Source: Desulfobacterales bacterium (GTDB taxonomy: Bacteria; Desulfobacterota; Desulfobacteria; Desulfobacterales; UBA2174). Taken from it: a DNA stretch of 64,000 bases. Location of the stretch: positions 192,001 through 256,000 of the forward strand of contig CAXXWC010000010.1 of the NCBI GenBank assembly GCA_963668645.2. Reading direction: 5' to 3'. This document shows positions 30,017-38,476 of the stretch, one piece after another (within the stretch, counting starts at the first letter, position 1; each line of letters opens with the position of its first letter). The notes under the pieces were generated by a model. The model was not told the DNA's origin and searched no databases. It saw nothing but the letters and a program-made list of their open reading frames with translations. The position numbers and the translations under genes are program-made.

Positions 30017-31561
30017 ATGAATTTTGATGTCCAAAACCTTCCTGATGATCCTGCTCAGCTCAAACAAATCATCGTTTCATTGCTCAATGAATATCAGCGC
30101 CGGATTGAACATTTGGAAGAAGTGAACCGGTTGTTGAAGAACGAAATATTCGGTAGAAAGTCCGAGAAAAGATCTGTTGCCGACAGTCGTCAATTTTCTC
30201 TTTTCGAAGAATCTGAAGAAGAGCCACTGGATGCGATCGATGAACCCGAAGACCGGCAGCCAGTGGAAGGCCATACACGCCGCAAGCCGGTCCGCAAGCC
30301 ACTGCCGGCCGATCTGCCTCACGAAGACATTATTCACGATCTGGATGAATCCGAGAAAGTTTGTGTCTGCGGCCAGTCGCTTTGCAAGATTGGCGAAGAG
30401 GTCTGCGAGAAACTGCGTTATACGCCTGCAACGATGGTGGTCGAACGTCATATTCGCCCCAAATACGCTTGCAAAACCTGTGATGGGGTTGAAGATGATG
30501 GCCCGACCGTCAAGATCGCTCCGGTGCCGCCCCAACTGATCCCCAAGTCGTTTGCTACCGGATCGCTGGTAGCCCATATCGTCTGTTCCAAGTTCGAAGA
30601 CGCCCTGCCATTGTATCGGCAGGAAAAAATCTTTTTGCGCATTGGTATCGACCTGCCCCGTTCGACCATGTGCACTTGGCTGATCAAGGTGGCCGACTTG
30701 GCCCGGCCGCTAATGGACCTGATGGGTCAGGAAATCCGATCCGGCCCGGTGGTGAACGTTGATGAGACCACGGTTCAGGTGATGAAAGAACCGGGCAAGG
30801 CCGACACCAGCAAATCCTATATGTGGCTGTTTCGAGGAGGGCAGCCGGACCGGCCGGTATTGGTGTTCGAATATCATCCGAGCCGTTCGGGGCAAATCCC
30901 GCTTGACTATCTGAGTGGATACCAAGGCTATGTGCAATGCGATGCCTACAGCGGGTATGACGCATTGGGCAGGCAAGAAGGCGTGGTGTTGCTAGGCTGC
31001 TGGTCACATGCCCGGCGCAAGTTCGACGAAGTCATCAAGGCCCGTGGAGGAGCCAAACGCAAAGGCAGCGCTGAGCAGGCCCTGGAGTATATCGGCCGGC
31101 TGTACGCCGTGGAAAAGAAGGCACGTGAAGCCGGGCTGGATTCGGATGCCATCCGCGATCTGCGCCAGCGGGAAGCCAAACCGGTTCTCGACGAGTTCAA
31201 GGCCTGGATGGACGCGAAAACCTTGGCGACGCCTCCCAAAGGGCTGCTCGGCAAGGCTATTCTTTACACGCTCAACAATTGGCAGCGCCTGGTCGGCTAT
31301 CTTGAGGATGGCCGGTTGCGGCCGGACAATAACCTGGCGGAAAATGCGATCCGACCGTTTGTGCTAGGCAGAAAAAATTGGCTGTTCGCCGGCAACCCGG
31401 ACGGCGCTCGTGCCGCCGCCGTGTATTACAGTCTGATCGAAACCGCCAAGGCCAATGGCTGGAAGGTGTACGATTATCTGACCTACCTGTTCGAAAACCT
31501 GCCGCTGGCAAAAACCGAAGAAGATTACCGCAAGCTGCTCCCCTACAACCGCTCTCAATAG
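30017..31561 (+). CDS. tnpC: IS66 DDE transposase TnpC
   Basis: FGRKSE, zinc ribbon, LPLYRQE, VDET, CWSHARRKF, DNNLAENAIRP..LGRKNWLF. Confidence 0.96.
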   Translation: MNFDVQNLPDDPAQLKQIIVSLLNEYQRRIEHLEEVNRLLKNEIFGRKSEKRSVADSRQFSLFEESEEEPLDAIDEPEDRQPVEGHTRRKPVRKPLPADLPHEDIIHDLDESEKVCVCGQSLCKIGEEVCEKLRYTPATMVVERHIRPKYACKTCDGVEDDGPTVKIAPVPPQLIPKSFATGSLVAHIVCSKFEDALPLYRQEKIFLRIGIDLPRSTMCTWLIKVADLARPLMDLMGQEIRSGPVVNVDETTVQVMKEPGKADTSKSYMWLFRGGQPDRPVLVFEYHPSRSGQIPLDYLSGYQGYVQCDAYSGYDALGRQEGVVLLGCWSHARRKFDEVIKARGGAKRKGSAEQALEYIGRLYAVEKKAREAGLDSDAIRDLRQREAKPVLDEFKAWMDAKTLATPPKGLLGKAILYTLNNWQRLVGYLEDGRLRPDNNLAENAIRPFVLGRKNWLFAGNPDGARAAAVYYSLIETAKANGWKVYDYLTYLFENLPLAKTEEDYRKLLPYNRSQ

Positions 31562-31855
31562 ACTTCAGACGGAACGCGAAACCAGGCTTATCGGGCGGTT
31601 GGGGTGCGGTTTGCCGAACGCTTACTTCTCTTCAAGCAGGTAACGGAAAAAATGAACTGGTTTGGCATTGGTACCATATTGTAGCACCATGCCGCCCATG
31701 AAGCTAAAACGCAACCGATGACGGAGACAGGCTAAAGTTACGAAGTCAAATTAATCAGAAAATCCTTTTACGTCCCCCTTCACCCGGTAAGCCTCGCGAT
31801 TCCGCACAGAAGAGGCACCTAATAAGTTTACTTAATCAACAACGTCCCCATTTTA

Positions 31856-31987
31856 CTCGGACTTTATCAATGCGTCCCCGAAGTTAAACAAGCATCCAGT
31901 TAGCCACAGCTACGTCTGAACCTGTTCCTGTGCGCTGCGGACACTGACCCTCTCGACCGATTTCAATTCCAGGATGATCTTGCCGCT
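31856..31987 (-). pseudogene. GxxExxY-family protein, C-terminal relic
   Basis: Reads GKIILELKSVERVSVRSAQEQVQT*LWLTGCLFNFGDALIK, resembling the family pattern GKVILELKSVE...KQVQTYLRLTG..LG.L.NFG. Confidence 0.65.
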
Positions 31988-32126
31988 CATGCGAGATTTT
32001 GGGACTGTGAGTTTTTCAAACTCAAAATTTTGCCCCTTTACGTGATAAAATACGTTTTGGCCGGATAAACCTAAAATTGCTTTCGAAATTTGAGAAATAT
32101 TAACGTTCTCTATGAATTGAAGAAAT

Positions 32127-33803
32127 TTATGGTTTTTGAGCCCATATATAGATATCTGTCTTAAACAAAGAGTAACCAATAGCTTCAAATCCAAGATTTG
32201 AAAGTTTTTCAAAAATTTTTTCAGAAAATTTCATGGGAGCAGTTTTGTCAACGATTCTTTTTGTGCCAGGAATAAGCAGTCCACGAACAACTCGCTTTGC
32301 ATTAGATTCAATTTCGACAAAGCCATTAGCCACCGATACAATGAATAATCCTTTTCTCTTCAGCACTCTATTCGCTTCTCGTACCGCTAAATTCACATCA
32401 AATAGGCTTGATTGAAAAGTACGTAGGGAAATGTAAACGTCTATAGAAGCGGACGGTACAGATTGCATATCTTCTGCAGGATTATGAACACACTTGAGTG
32501 ATGGAAAATTATTTTTCGCACGAAAAAGCATGTTTCTTGACACATCAACACCTATTACTTCTTTAAATCCGGATAGAAAATAAGGTATTTCAATTCCATT
32601 ACCGACACCAACATCTAAAGCAGTACAAGTAGAAACATCGACAGAAAAATTAGATATAATTTCTTTAATTTCACCAGCCCAACCAGGAATAAGCCCCCTC
32701 AGATCAACCTCATAGTTGTAGTCAAGATATTTTTTAGTAAAGTACTCTTCGCGAATTTGAGCTAAAACAGTTTTTGTCACTGAAGGATCTGCCCCCCTTG
32801 AGACACAGAGTGCCTCAAAGTCAGAGAGAGACAGAGAACGACCAAGATCAATATCTGATAGGTCAATTTCGAGTTTTTCATTGATCCCATTTTTCATACT
32901 GGACAAGATATCAAATTTTGCATAAAAATTATCTTCAGACAGCTCTGACTTTTCTGATTCTGGCACTCTTAAGGAATATGGGAAGCATTCAATTAAGCCG
33001 CGTTCAATAAAGTTTTTTATGAAAGAAGCGGCTGACAGGGATGCGGCCACCCTATTTTCATCTTTCTTAGATTCGGGAGTTCCGTAATCTGATATACCTC
33101 GGACAACCAGCCATTGTATCTTGTATTGCTTACATACAATTGCGAATCCAGCACTTTCCATTTCGTAACAACGAATTCGATCGTCAATTGCCCAAATTAT
33201 TCTTAATTTATCAGGATCTAAGTGCAAAAAATTGCCACTAGCAATAAATTTTAAGTGGGCGCTTGAGTGAATATCCCATAAATGAAGCGGAGGATTCATA
33301 TTGGGAAATAGCGATTTTGGAATTGATTTAAATTTTTTGGTCCATTTAGAGGATGAGTATTCTTTGCCAAGGAATCTGTTCGCGTCCGTTAAAATTCTTT
33401 CTAATAGTACATGTTGCTTTGGTCTGGGGCTTTCACCCTTCTCAGTCCTCCATTCTTGAATATCTAACACCATTTCAGAAACTACAATATCAGCAATTTT
33501 TACTTTATCTTCTTTTCCAGCTGCTGTCCCGATTAAAAAAATCAAAACAGGGTTTAGGCGGGCCAATACCTGCTCAGTTATGCTACTCGCGATACTATTC
33601 CCTTGATCATTTATAAAAATAACAGCAATAGAGATCGAAGCATGGCCTTCACGAGTCTTTATTTTACGCTGAAACTGATAAAAATGCTTACCACCTTTTA
33701 ATTCCCCTGAACTATGTACGAACTTAACCCGAAAAGCCCATTCCAAAGCTCTAAGCTCATCTTCCTTTGGCACTATAATGGCTATATCGACATTTTTTGC
33801 CAA
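32127..33803 (-). CDS. PNP/MTAN nucleosidase-fold domain fused to a class I SAM-dependent methyltransferase
   Basis: N-terminal IFLIGTAAG, IADIVVS, IASGN, YEMESAGF, VVRGISDY; C-terminal ALDVGVGNG, IGVDVS..ML, EANRVLKRKG; AT-rich. Confidence 0.82.
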   Translation of the reverse strand: MAKNVDIAIIVPKEDELRALEWAFRVKFVHSSGELKGGKHFYQFQRKIKTREGHASISIAVIFINDQGNSIASSITEQVLARLNPVLIFLIGTAAGKEDKVKIADIVVSEMVLDIQEWRTEKGESPRPKQHVLLERILTDANRFLGKEYSSSKWTKKFKSIPKSLFPNMNPPLHLWDIHSSAHLKFIASGNFLHLDPDKLRIIWAIDDRIRCYEMESAGFAIVCKQYKIQWLVVRGISDYGTPESKKDENRVAASLSAASFIKNFIERGLIECFPYSLRVPESEKSELSEDNFYAKFDILSSMKNGINEKLEIDLSDIDLGRSLSLSDFEALCVSRGADPSVTKTVLAQIREEYFTKKYLDYNYEVDLRGLIPGWAGEIKEIISNFSVDVSTCTALDVGVGNGIEIPYFLSGFKEVIGVDVSRNMLFRAKNNFPSLKCVHNPAEDMQSVPSASIDVYISLRTFQSSLFDVNLAVREANRVLKRKGLFIVSVANGFVEIESNAKRVVRGLLIPGTKRIVDKTAPMKFSEKIFEKLSNLGFEAIGYSLFKTDIYIWAQKP

Positions 33804-33960
33804 CTATCACTTTTCCCATAGAAATTGCCAGAAGATGTCTTCCAAAACAGTCAACTCCACAAAAAGTATCTGGGCAAAGAACAAATCTACTTTATAAACA
33901 TAAAGTGCCCGCTCGTTAACCACTTACAAAGGACATTAGATGAAAAAAGATCAAATATTA

Positions 33961-34161
33961 TTATTTTCTAACTTCGGATAACCCGTGTACAAGCAGCCTT
34001 ATCTCTCTAATACCACAAAACAAGTTGCCATTATAGTCAGCGCATGGCACTTCCGGCGCAGCGGAAGCATACGATTGAAAAGGAATATTATTCGCATGAA
34101 GTAAATCCACCGCCTCATCGCTGCAATCTGAGCCATTGATTAATAAAGTAATTGGTTTCAT
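33961..34161 (-). CDS. 66-aa glutaredoxin-like small protein
   Basis: GGAGAG RBS directly after the upstream stop; GSDCSDEAVDLL..NNIPF...EVP....G.LFCG..EI follows Grx spacing without CxxC. Confidence 0.6.
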   Translation of the reverse strand: MKPITLLINGSDCSDEAVDLLHANNIPFQSYASAAPEVPCADYNGNLFCGIREIRLLVHGLSEVRK

Positions 34162-34170
34162 TTACTCTCC

Positions 34171-35760
34171 CTAATTTTGAAAGCATTTTTCTACAAATAG
34201 TTGAGGTGTTATAGAATCAACAATCCATTCCCTTTCTGAAACCCATTGTTTTAGCGGGATTGCTTCAGCGCTGTTAGCTCGTCTTGCAGCTTCATCCCAT
34301 GCTGAACCAATTAGCGCTGCTCCTGCACTACCTCTACCACCTGAAAATGGACTGCCTATTTTTTTTAAATCAAACTCTGGCCTGTAACCATATTTCTCAG
34401 CAGATAGTCTGAATAGTCCTGATTCTATACTATCATTAAGCAATGCAGGGCGAAAATCTACATCGGACAGAAGTTTTGAAACAACATCTATTGAAGGCGG
34501 ATTTATCACGGCTCCTTCTCCAAAAGCTCTTCTAATTTTTATCGAAGCTATATCCTCAGGCCTGTTGAAAATATAGGTTGGCCTCTGTGATTTATTAGAT
34601 AACTTACAGTTAAATTTAACCTCACTATCAACACCTTTAGATTCTCTTCCCCTAAAATAGGGTCTATAGACAATTAGCCCACAGCATTGTTCCACCATCT
34701 TATAATCTCTTGAGCTAATTTGTTTGGATATTTTATCCACTAGCACACTCAATAAAGATGTCAATATTTTAATTTCCGGTCTTGGGCTATTGAAATACCC
34801 TCCTGGATCTAATGGATTAAAAAGAGTGGGGTTCTGGATAAATAGCAAGTTTTCTAACTTATCACATACCCACCGTTTTCCTAAGAACGGGATATATTCA
34901 CCGTCAGCATTTTTTCTAATTCTTAATTCATCAATTGTTGTAGGAGAAAAAAGGACACATTTGTTATTTCGTTCAACTGAATGGATAACAGTGTTGATTT
35001 CCGCACTAACTGAATCCGCTTCTTGTACATCGGCTTCACTACCGGCCCAGAGTTCTCTCAAGGCCGTTATTGGATGCGAAATATAGAAGGGTGTTTTTTC
35101 TGAAAATAGTATGTCATAAGCCACATGTAGCGGATGTTTAACTGCTAATAAAAAATGAGGCTTATTGAACGCATCGGCTATAAATTCAGATATCGCAATC
35201 TCTATGCTACGCCAATCTAAAATATTTAATAAGTTCATTATTGAATCAACGGATAAATTTAACGCTGGTGGGTTGTCCTTTAAATAGCACAAGTAGTCGG
35301 AATACATTTGATCCGGAGCTCTTAGCTTTGCGTATATATCATATATATCATCAATTAAAGTGATAACTTTTTTAAAACAAAGATTTTCTAGGCATTTAAA
35401 ATCAAGACACGAAAAAAACTCGCGCGTCATTTGGTGATAGAATACAGCATGCATCACCACAAAAACGTTCTCTTCCTCTGCCTTATTTATATTGTCAATA
35501 AATTTTGAAAAACAGTTGCGCCATAGCTCTTTTAACAATGACTTGGGCTTACTTAAAAGAAGTAAATAGCCCCCTTTCCCAGAAATCACTTTTGCATCAT
35601 TATCTGGATTTGATCGCAAGTATTCATTGTGTAGGTAAGGCTCAAATTTAATTACAGCGACTTTCTTGCCTTTATAACTGCAAAAAGAAGCTAACTTATC
35701 GACAGCTTCCGCAGTTTTAACTCCAGATTGGCCTGTAAACAAAAAGATACTTTTTCCCAT
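34171..35760 (-). CDS. P-loop NMP-kinase-like domain fused to a nucleoside 2-deoxyribosyltransferase (NDT)-like domain
   Basis: IFLFTGQSGVKT (deviant P-loop), VITLIDD, WRSIE; FYISHPIT...RDYKMVEQCCGLIVY...SKGVDSEV resembles NDT/DUF4406 motifs; AT-rich. Confidence 0.62.
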   Translation of the reverse strand: MGKSIFLFTGQSGVKTAEAVDKLASFCSYKGKKVAVIKFEPYLHNEYLRSNPDNDAKVISGKGGYLLLLSKPKSLLKELWRNCFSKFIDNINKAEEENVFVVMHAVFYHQMTREFFSCLDFKCLENLCFKKVITLIDDIYDIYAKLRAPDQMYSDYLCYLKDNPPALNLSVDSIMNLLNILDWRSIEIAISEFIADAFNKPHFLLAVKHPLHVAYDILFSEKTPFYISHPITALRELWAGSEADVQEADSVSAEINTVIHSVERNNKCVLFSPTTIDELRIRKNADGEYIPFLGKRWVCDKLENLLFIQNPTLFNPLDPGGYFNSPRPEIKILTSLLSVLVDKISKQISSRDYKMVEQCCGLIVYRPYFRGRESKGVDSEVKFNCKLSNKSQRPTYIFNRPEDIASIKIRRAFGEGAVINPPSIDVVSKLLSDVDFRPALLNDSIESGLFRLSAEKYGYRPEFDLKKIGSPFSGGRGSAGAALIGSAWDEAARRANSAEAIPLKQWVSEREWIVDSITPQLFVEKCFQN

Positions 35761-35987
35761 ATAGATTCGTCTTTTAATTTGATAAAAAGCCGCTTTTAAG
35801 GGTGGGCGGCTGCACCAGAAGTTGATTGCAGTCCGGCAACACGCTGCCCACAAGATATGGAAACCTGTTACGATGGCATCGTCGTACCACCAGCATTTCA
35901 GATTGTCAATAACGAAAAATGGCACTATTACGTCAAGTAATGTGCTGTTTTCGGGGCAAGATCAATTTCATTTTAGCCGTTCTCAAT

Positions 35988-36122
35988 GCCACTGTGTCTC
36001 CGCGCGAGACGGCTTAAAGGCACCCATTCTCCTCTGATGCCCCGCCCCTTTCGCTGAGCCGCCAAGACGCAGAGGGGATCACTTTCAGCTCTTTTCCGCG
36101 CCACTGCGCCTCCGCGCGAGAC
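35988..36122. repeat. Two copies of gccactgYgYctccgcgcgagac (REP-like)
   Basis: 35988-36010 and 36100-36122, with gccaagacgcagagg between them. Confidence 0.7.
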
Positions 36123-36326
36123 CGCCTTTCCCCCCACAAAAACACAAAACCCCGCCATCCTTTACGGAAAACAGGGTTTCAGAGGCCAATCTTCATTTTT
36201 GAGTGCCCTCCAGATTGTCGGGTTACTCAGATTTTAAGGTGCTATAGCAGGGACTTGAGATCGGGTCAAATGCTTTTCCTACGGGGGGCTTCAGTGTCCT
36301 ATGAGAGATACTTTTTCACAAAGGCC

Positions 36327-36815
36327 TCATGCTGCAAACCATTTGTACATGACCAACACATCTACATAACCTTTGGATGGGTGATGAAATGCCTTGGGTA
36401 ACCGGCCCACCGTAGCGAAGCCGAGCTTTTGCCAAAGCCTTATGGCCCCTTCATTGCTCGACACGACGAAATTGAACTGCATGGCCTTGTACCCGAGTTT
36501 TTTGGCTATTTCCTGGGAGTACGCGCACATCGCTGTGGCCAGACCGCGGCCTCTGGCGGCTGATGAAACCATGTAGCCGCAATTGCAGACATGGTCACCC
36601 GGCCCTGCCTGGTTGGTTTTTATAAAGTAGGTACCCAGGATCTGCCCGTCGCTTTCAACGACGTAGGTCTTTCGCGGGGTGTCGATCCAAAGCGTTTGCG
36701 CCTGCTCCTTGCCGATCTCCCGCGGAAACGCATAGGTTTCACCGGCCGCCACGATTTCGTGGAAGATGGGCCAAATGCGGTCAAAGTCTTCTTTCCTGGC
36801 TTCTCTAATATTCAT
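36327..36815 (-). CDS. GNAT N-acetyltransferase
   Basis: AGETYA, HVCNCGYMV..ARGRG, QFNFVVSSNEGA..LWQKLGF. Confidence 0.92.
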   Translation of the reverse strand: MNIREARKEDFDRIWPIFHEIVAAGETYAFPREIGKEQAQTLWIDTPRKTYVVESDGQILGTYFIKTNQAGPGDHVCNCGYMVSSAARGRGLATAMCAYSQEIAKKLGYKAMQFNFVVSSNEGAIRLWQKLGFATVGRLPKAFHHPSKGYVDVLVMYKWFAA

Positions 36816-37294
36816 CGCCACCCAACCTATTCACTTGGAAACATAACCTTTCCCGAAGACCGACGGCCTGCGGTCGGCAGTCCGCTACCGCACGGTTTTA
36901 CCTTGGCGGCTTCGACGATGTCAACGATCACCCTGATCGTGAACTATGGAGATGTTAAAGACAAGCGGCCACGGGTTGGCCTTCCTTTTTTGCCGTTGTA
37001 TGCGGCTGTTGGCTTCCGGGTCGGACCGACCCCGAGATCTGCCGTAACACTCCGGAAAAACCACAATCGATGATTCAATCCGAGGCCGCCTATGGATAAA
37101 AGCGGCAAGAAGCTGATGCCCAACAGCACGGCCGAGAAAACAGCACCACAGGATCTCGTGGAGAGCTGCCAAAGGAAAATACCCGCACATCCCGGAAATT
37201 GTTACCAGCCCAACGCCTGTCGTAATAATATCAACAGCAGGCAGGTTGGATTTTTCTTCAGTTGCACAACCCTTGATTCACGGAGATCATTGCT

Positions 37295-38275
37295 ATGGAA
37301 TATCGCATATTGGGCAAAACCGGAGTTCGGGTCTCGTCCCTCTGCCTGGGAACCATGTCCTTCGGGGCAGAAGCCGACGAGGCCGCCTCCGCGGCTATGT
37401 TCAATCGTTGCCGCGAGCTGGGCATCAACTTTTTTGATACGGCCAACGTATACAGCGGCGGCATATCGGAAGAGATCCTCGGCAATCTGATCAAAGGCTG
37501 CCGGGATCAGATTATTCTGGTATCCAAAGTCGCCGGGGTTATGGGTAGCGGTGCAAATGACCGGGGCACATCCCGCCGCCATATCATGATGGCGGTCGAG
37601 GACAGCCTGCGCCGATTGAAAACGGATCGCATCGACTTCTACTTTCTGCACCTCTTCGATCCGACACCTGCAATGGAACAGGGGCTTCGAGCCCTGGACG
37701 ACCTGGTCCACCAGGGGAAAATTCTCTACCCGGCAGTGAGCAACTGGTCGGCCTGGCAGACAGCCAAGGCGCTGGGCATTTGCGAGCGGAAAGATTTGGC
37801 ACGCTTTGAATGCATGCAGCCGATGTACAACCTGGTCAAACGGCAGGCGGAGGTGGAGCTGCTGCCCCTGGCCGAAGCCGAGCAGATGGGGGTTATCTCC
37901 TACAGCCCCCTGGGAGGTGGCCTGCTGACCGGAAAATACAATGATTCCAAAAAACCCGACGACGGAAGGCTGGTGCGCCTGGCCAACTATGAGAGCCGCT
38001 ACAGTCTTTCCGCATACTACGAGATCGCCAAGCGGTTCACAAAGCATGCCGAAGAACGGAATGTCAGCCCCATATCCCTGGCTGTTGCCTGGGTCATGTC
38101 ACACCCTGCAGTGACGGCCCCCATTATCGGGGCGCGCAATGTCGAACAACTCGAGGATTCGCTGGCGGCGGTGAATATCGATATGACACCGGAATGGAGG
38201 GATGAAATCTCTGCCCTTTCCATCAGTCCGGCGCCATCCACGGACCGGCTGGAGGAGACTGCGGGCAAGGTGTAA
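37295..38275 (+). CDS. Aldo/keto reductase
   Basis: LGKTGVRVS.LCLGTM, FDTANVY, SLRRLKTDRID, YSPLGGGLLTGKY. Confidence 0.95.
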   Translation: MEYRILGKTGVRVSSLCLGTMSFGAEADEAASAAMFNRCRELGINFFDTANVYSGGISEEILGNLIKGCRDQIILVSKVAGVMGSGANDRGTSRRHIMMAVEDSLRRLKTDRIDFYFLHLFDPTPAMEQGLRALDDLVHQGKILYPAVSNWSAWQTAKALGICERKDLARFECMQPMYNLVKRQAEVELLPLAEAEQMGVISYSPLGGGLLTGKYNDSKKPDDGRLVRLANYESRYSLSAYYEIAKRFTKHAEERNVSPISLAVAWVMSHPAVTAPIIGARNVEQLEDSLAAVNIDMTPEWRDEISALSISPAPSTDRLEETAGKV

Positions 38276-38476
38276 TTTTGCTCAATAGCGGGTGGTGTTG
38301 CCGGGAACCTGCATTTATGAAAATCGGCGGGAAAAGGCGACAATTTAAAACAATCCGACCCGCAAAGAGAACGGATCCCAACTTCGACGGGGCCCTGGGT
38401 GGCAGCACTACAGCCTGGATGTATTATCTCGACGGGTTCTCGATCCAAAGCTCTGCGGCGACACGGCGGCGTGCGC

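Larger units (their letters stand above)
29158..31625 (+). mobile_element. IS66-family insertion sequence, 2468 bp
   Basis: IRs gtaagcgtccgggcaaccgcat and gtgcggtttgccgaacgcttac; 8-bp TSD TTCTCTTC at 29150-29157 and 31626-31633; tnpABC. Confidence 0.96.
28399..31854. repeat. 980-bp tandem duplication, copy 2, interrupted by IS66
   Basis: 28399-29157 plus 31634-31854 reconstitute copy 1. Confidence 0.92.

Noticed and set aside
28314..31879. Recurring CGTCCCC motifs as a repeat array
   Set aside because: Too short and irregular; some copies come from the 980-bp duplication, and the 31873 copy is explained by GxxExxY codons (FGDA)
36180..36330. Possible IS end with promoter-like sequence downstream of the GNAT gene
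   Set aside because: No partner IR, TSD or transposase ORF found
36838..37015. Possible attC site before the GNAT gene (GTTATGT on the minus strand, GCCAAC ~170 nt upstream)
   Set aside because: No convincing L-box pairing, no second attC after the gene, and no integron integrase in the window
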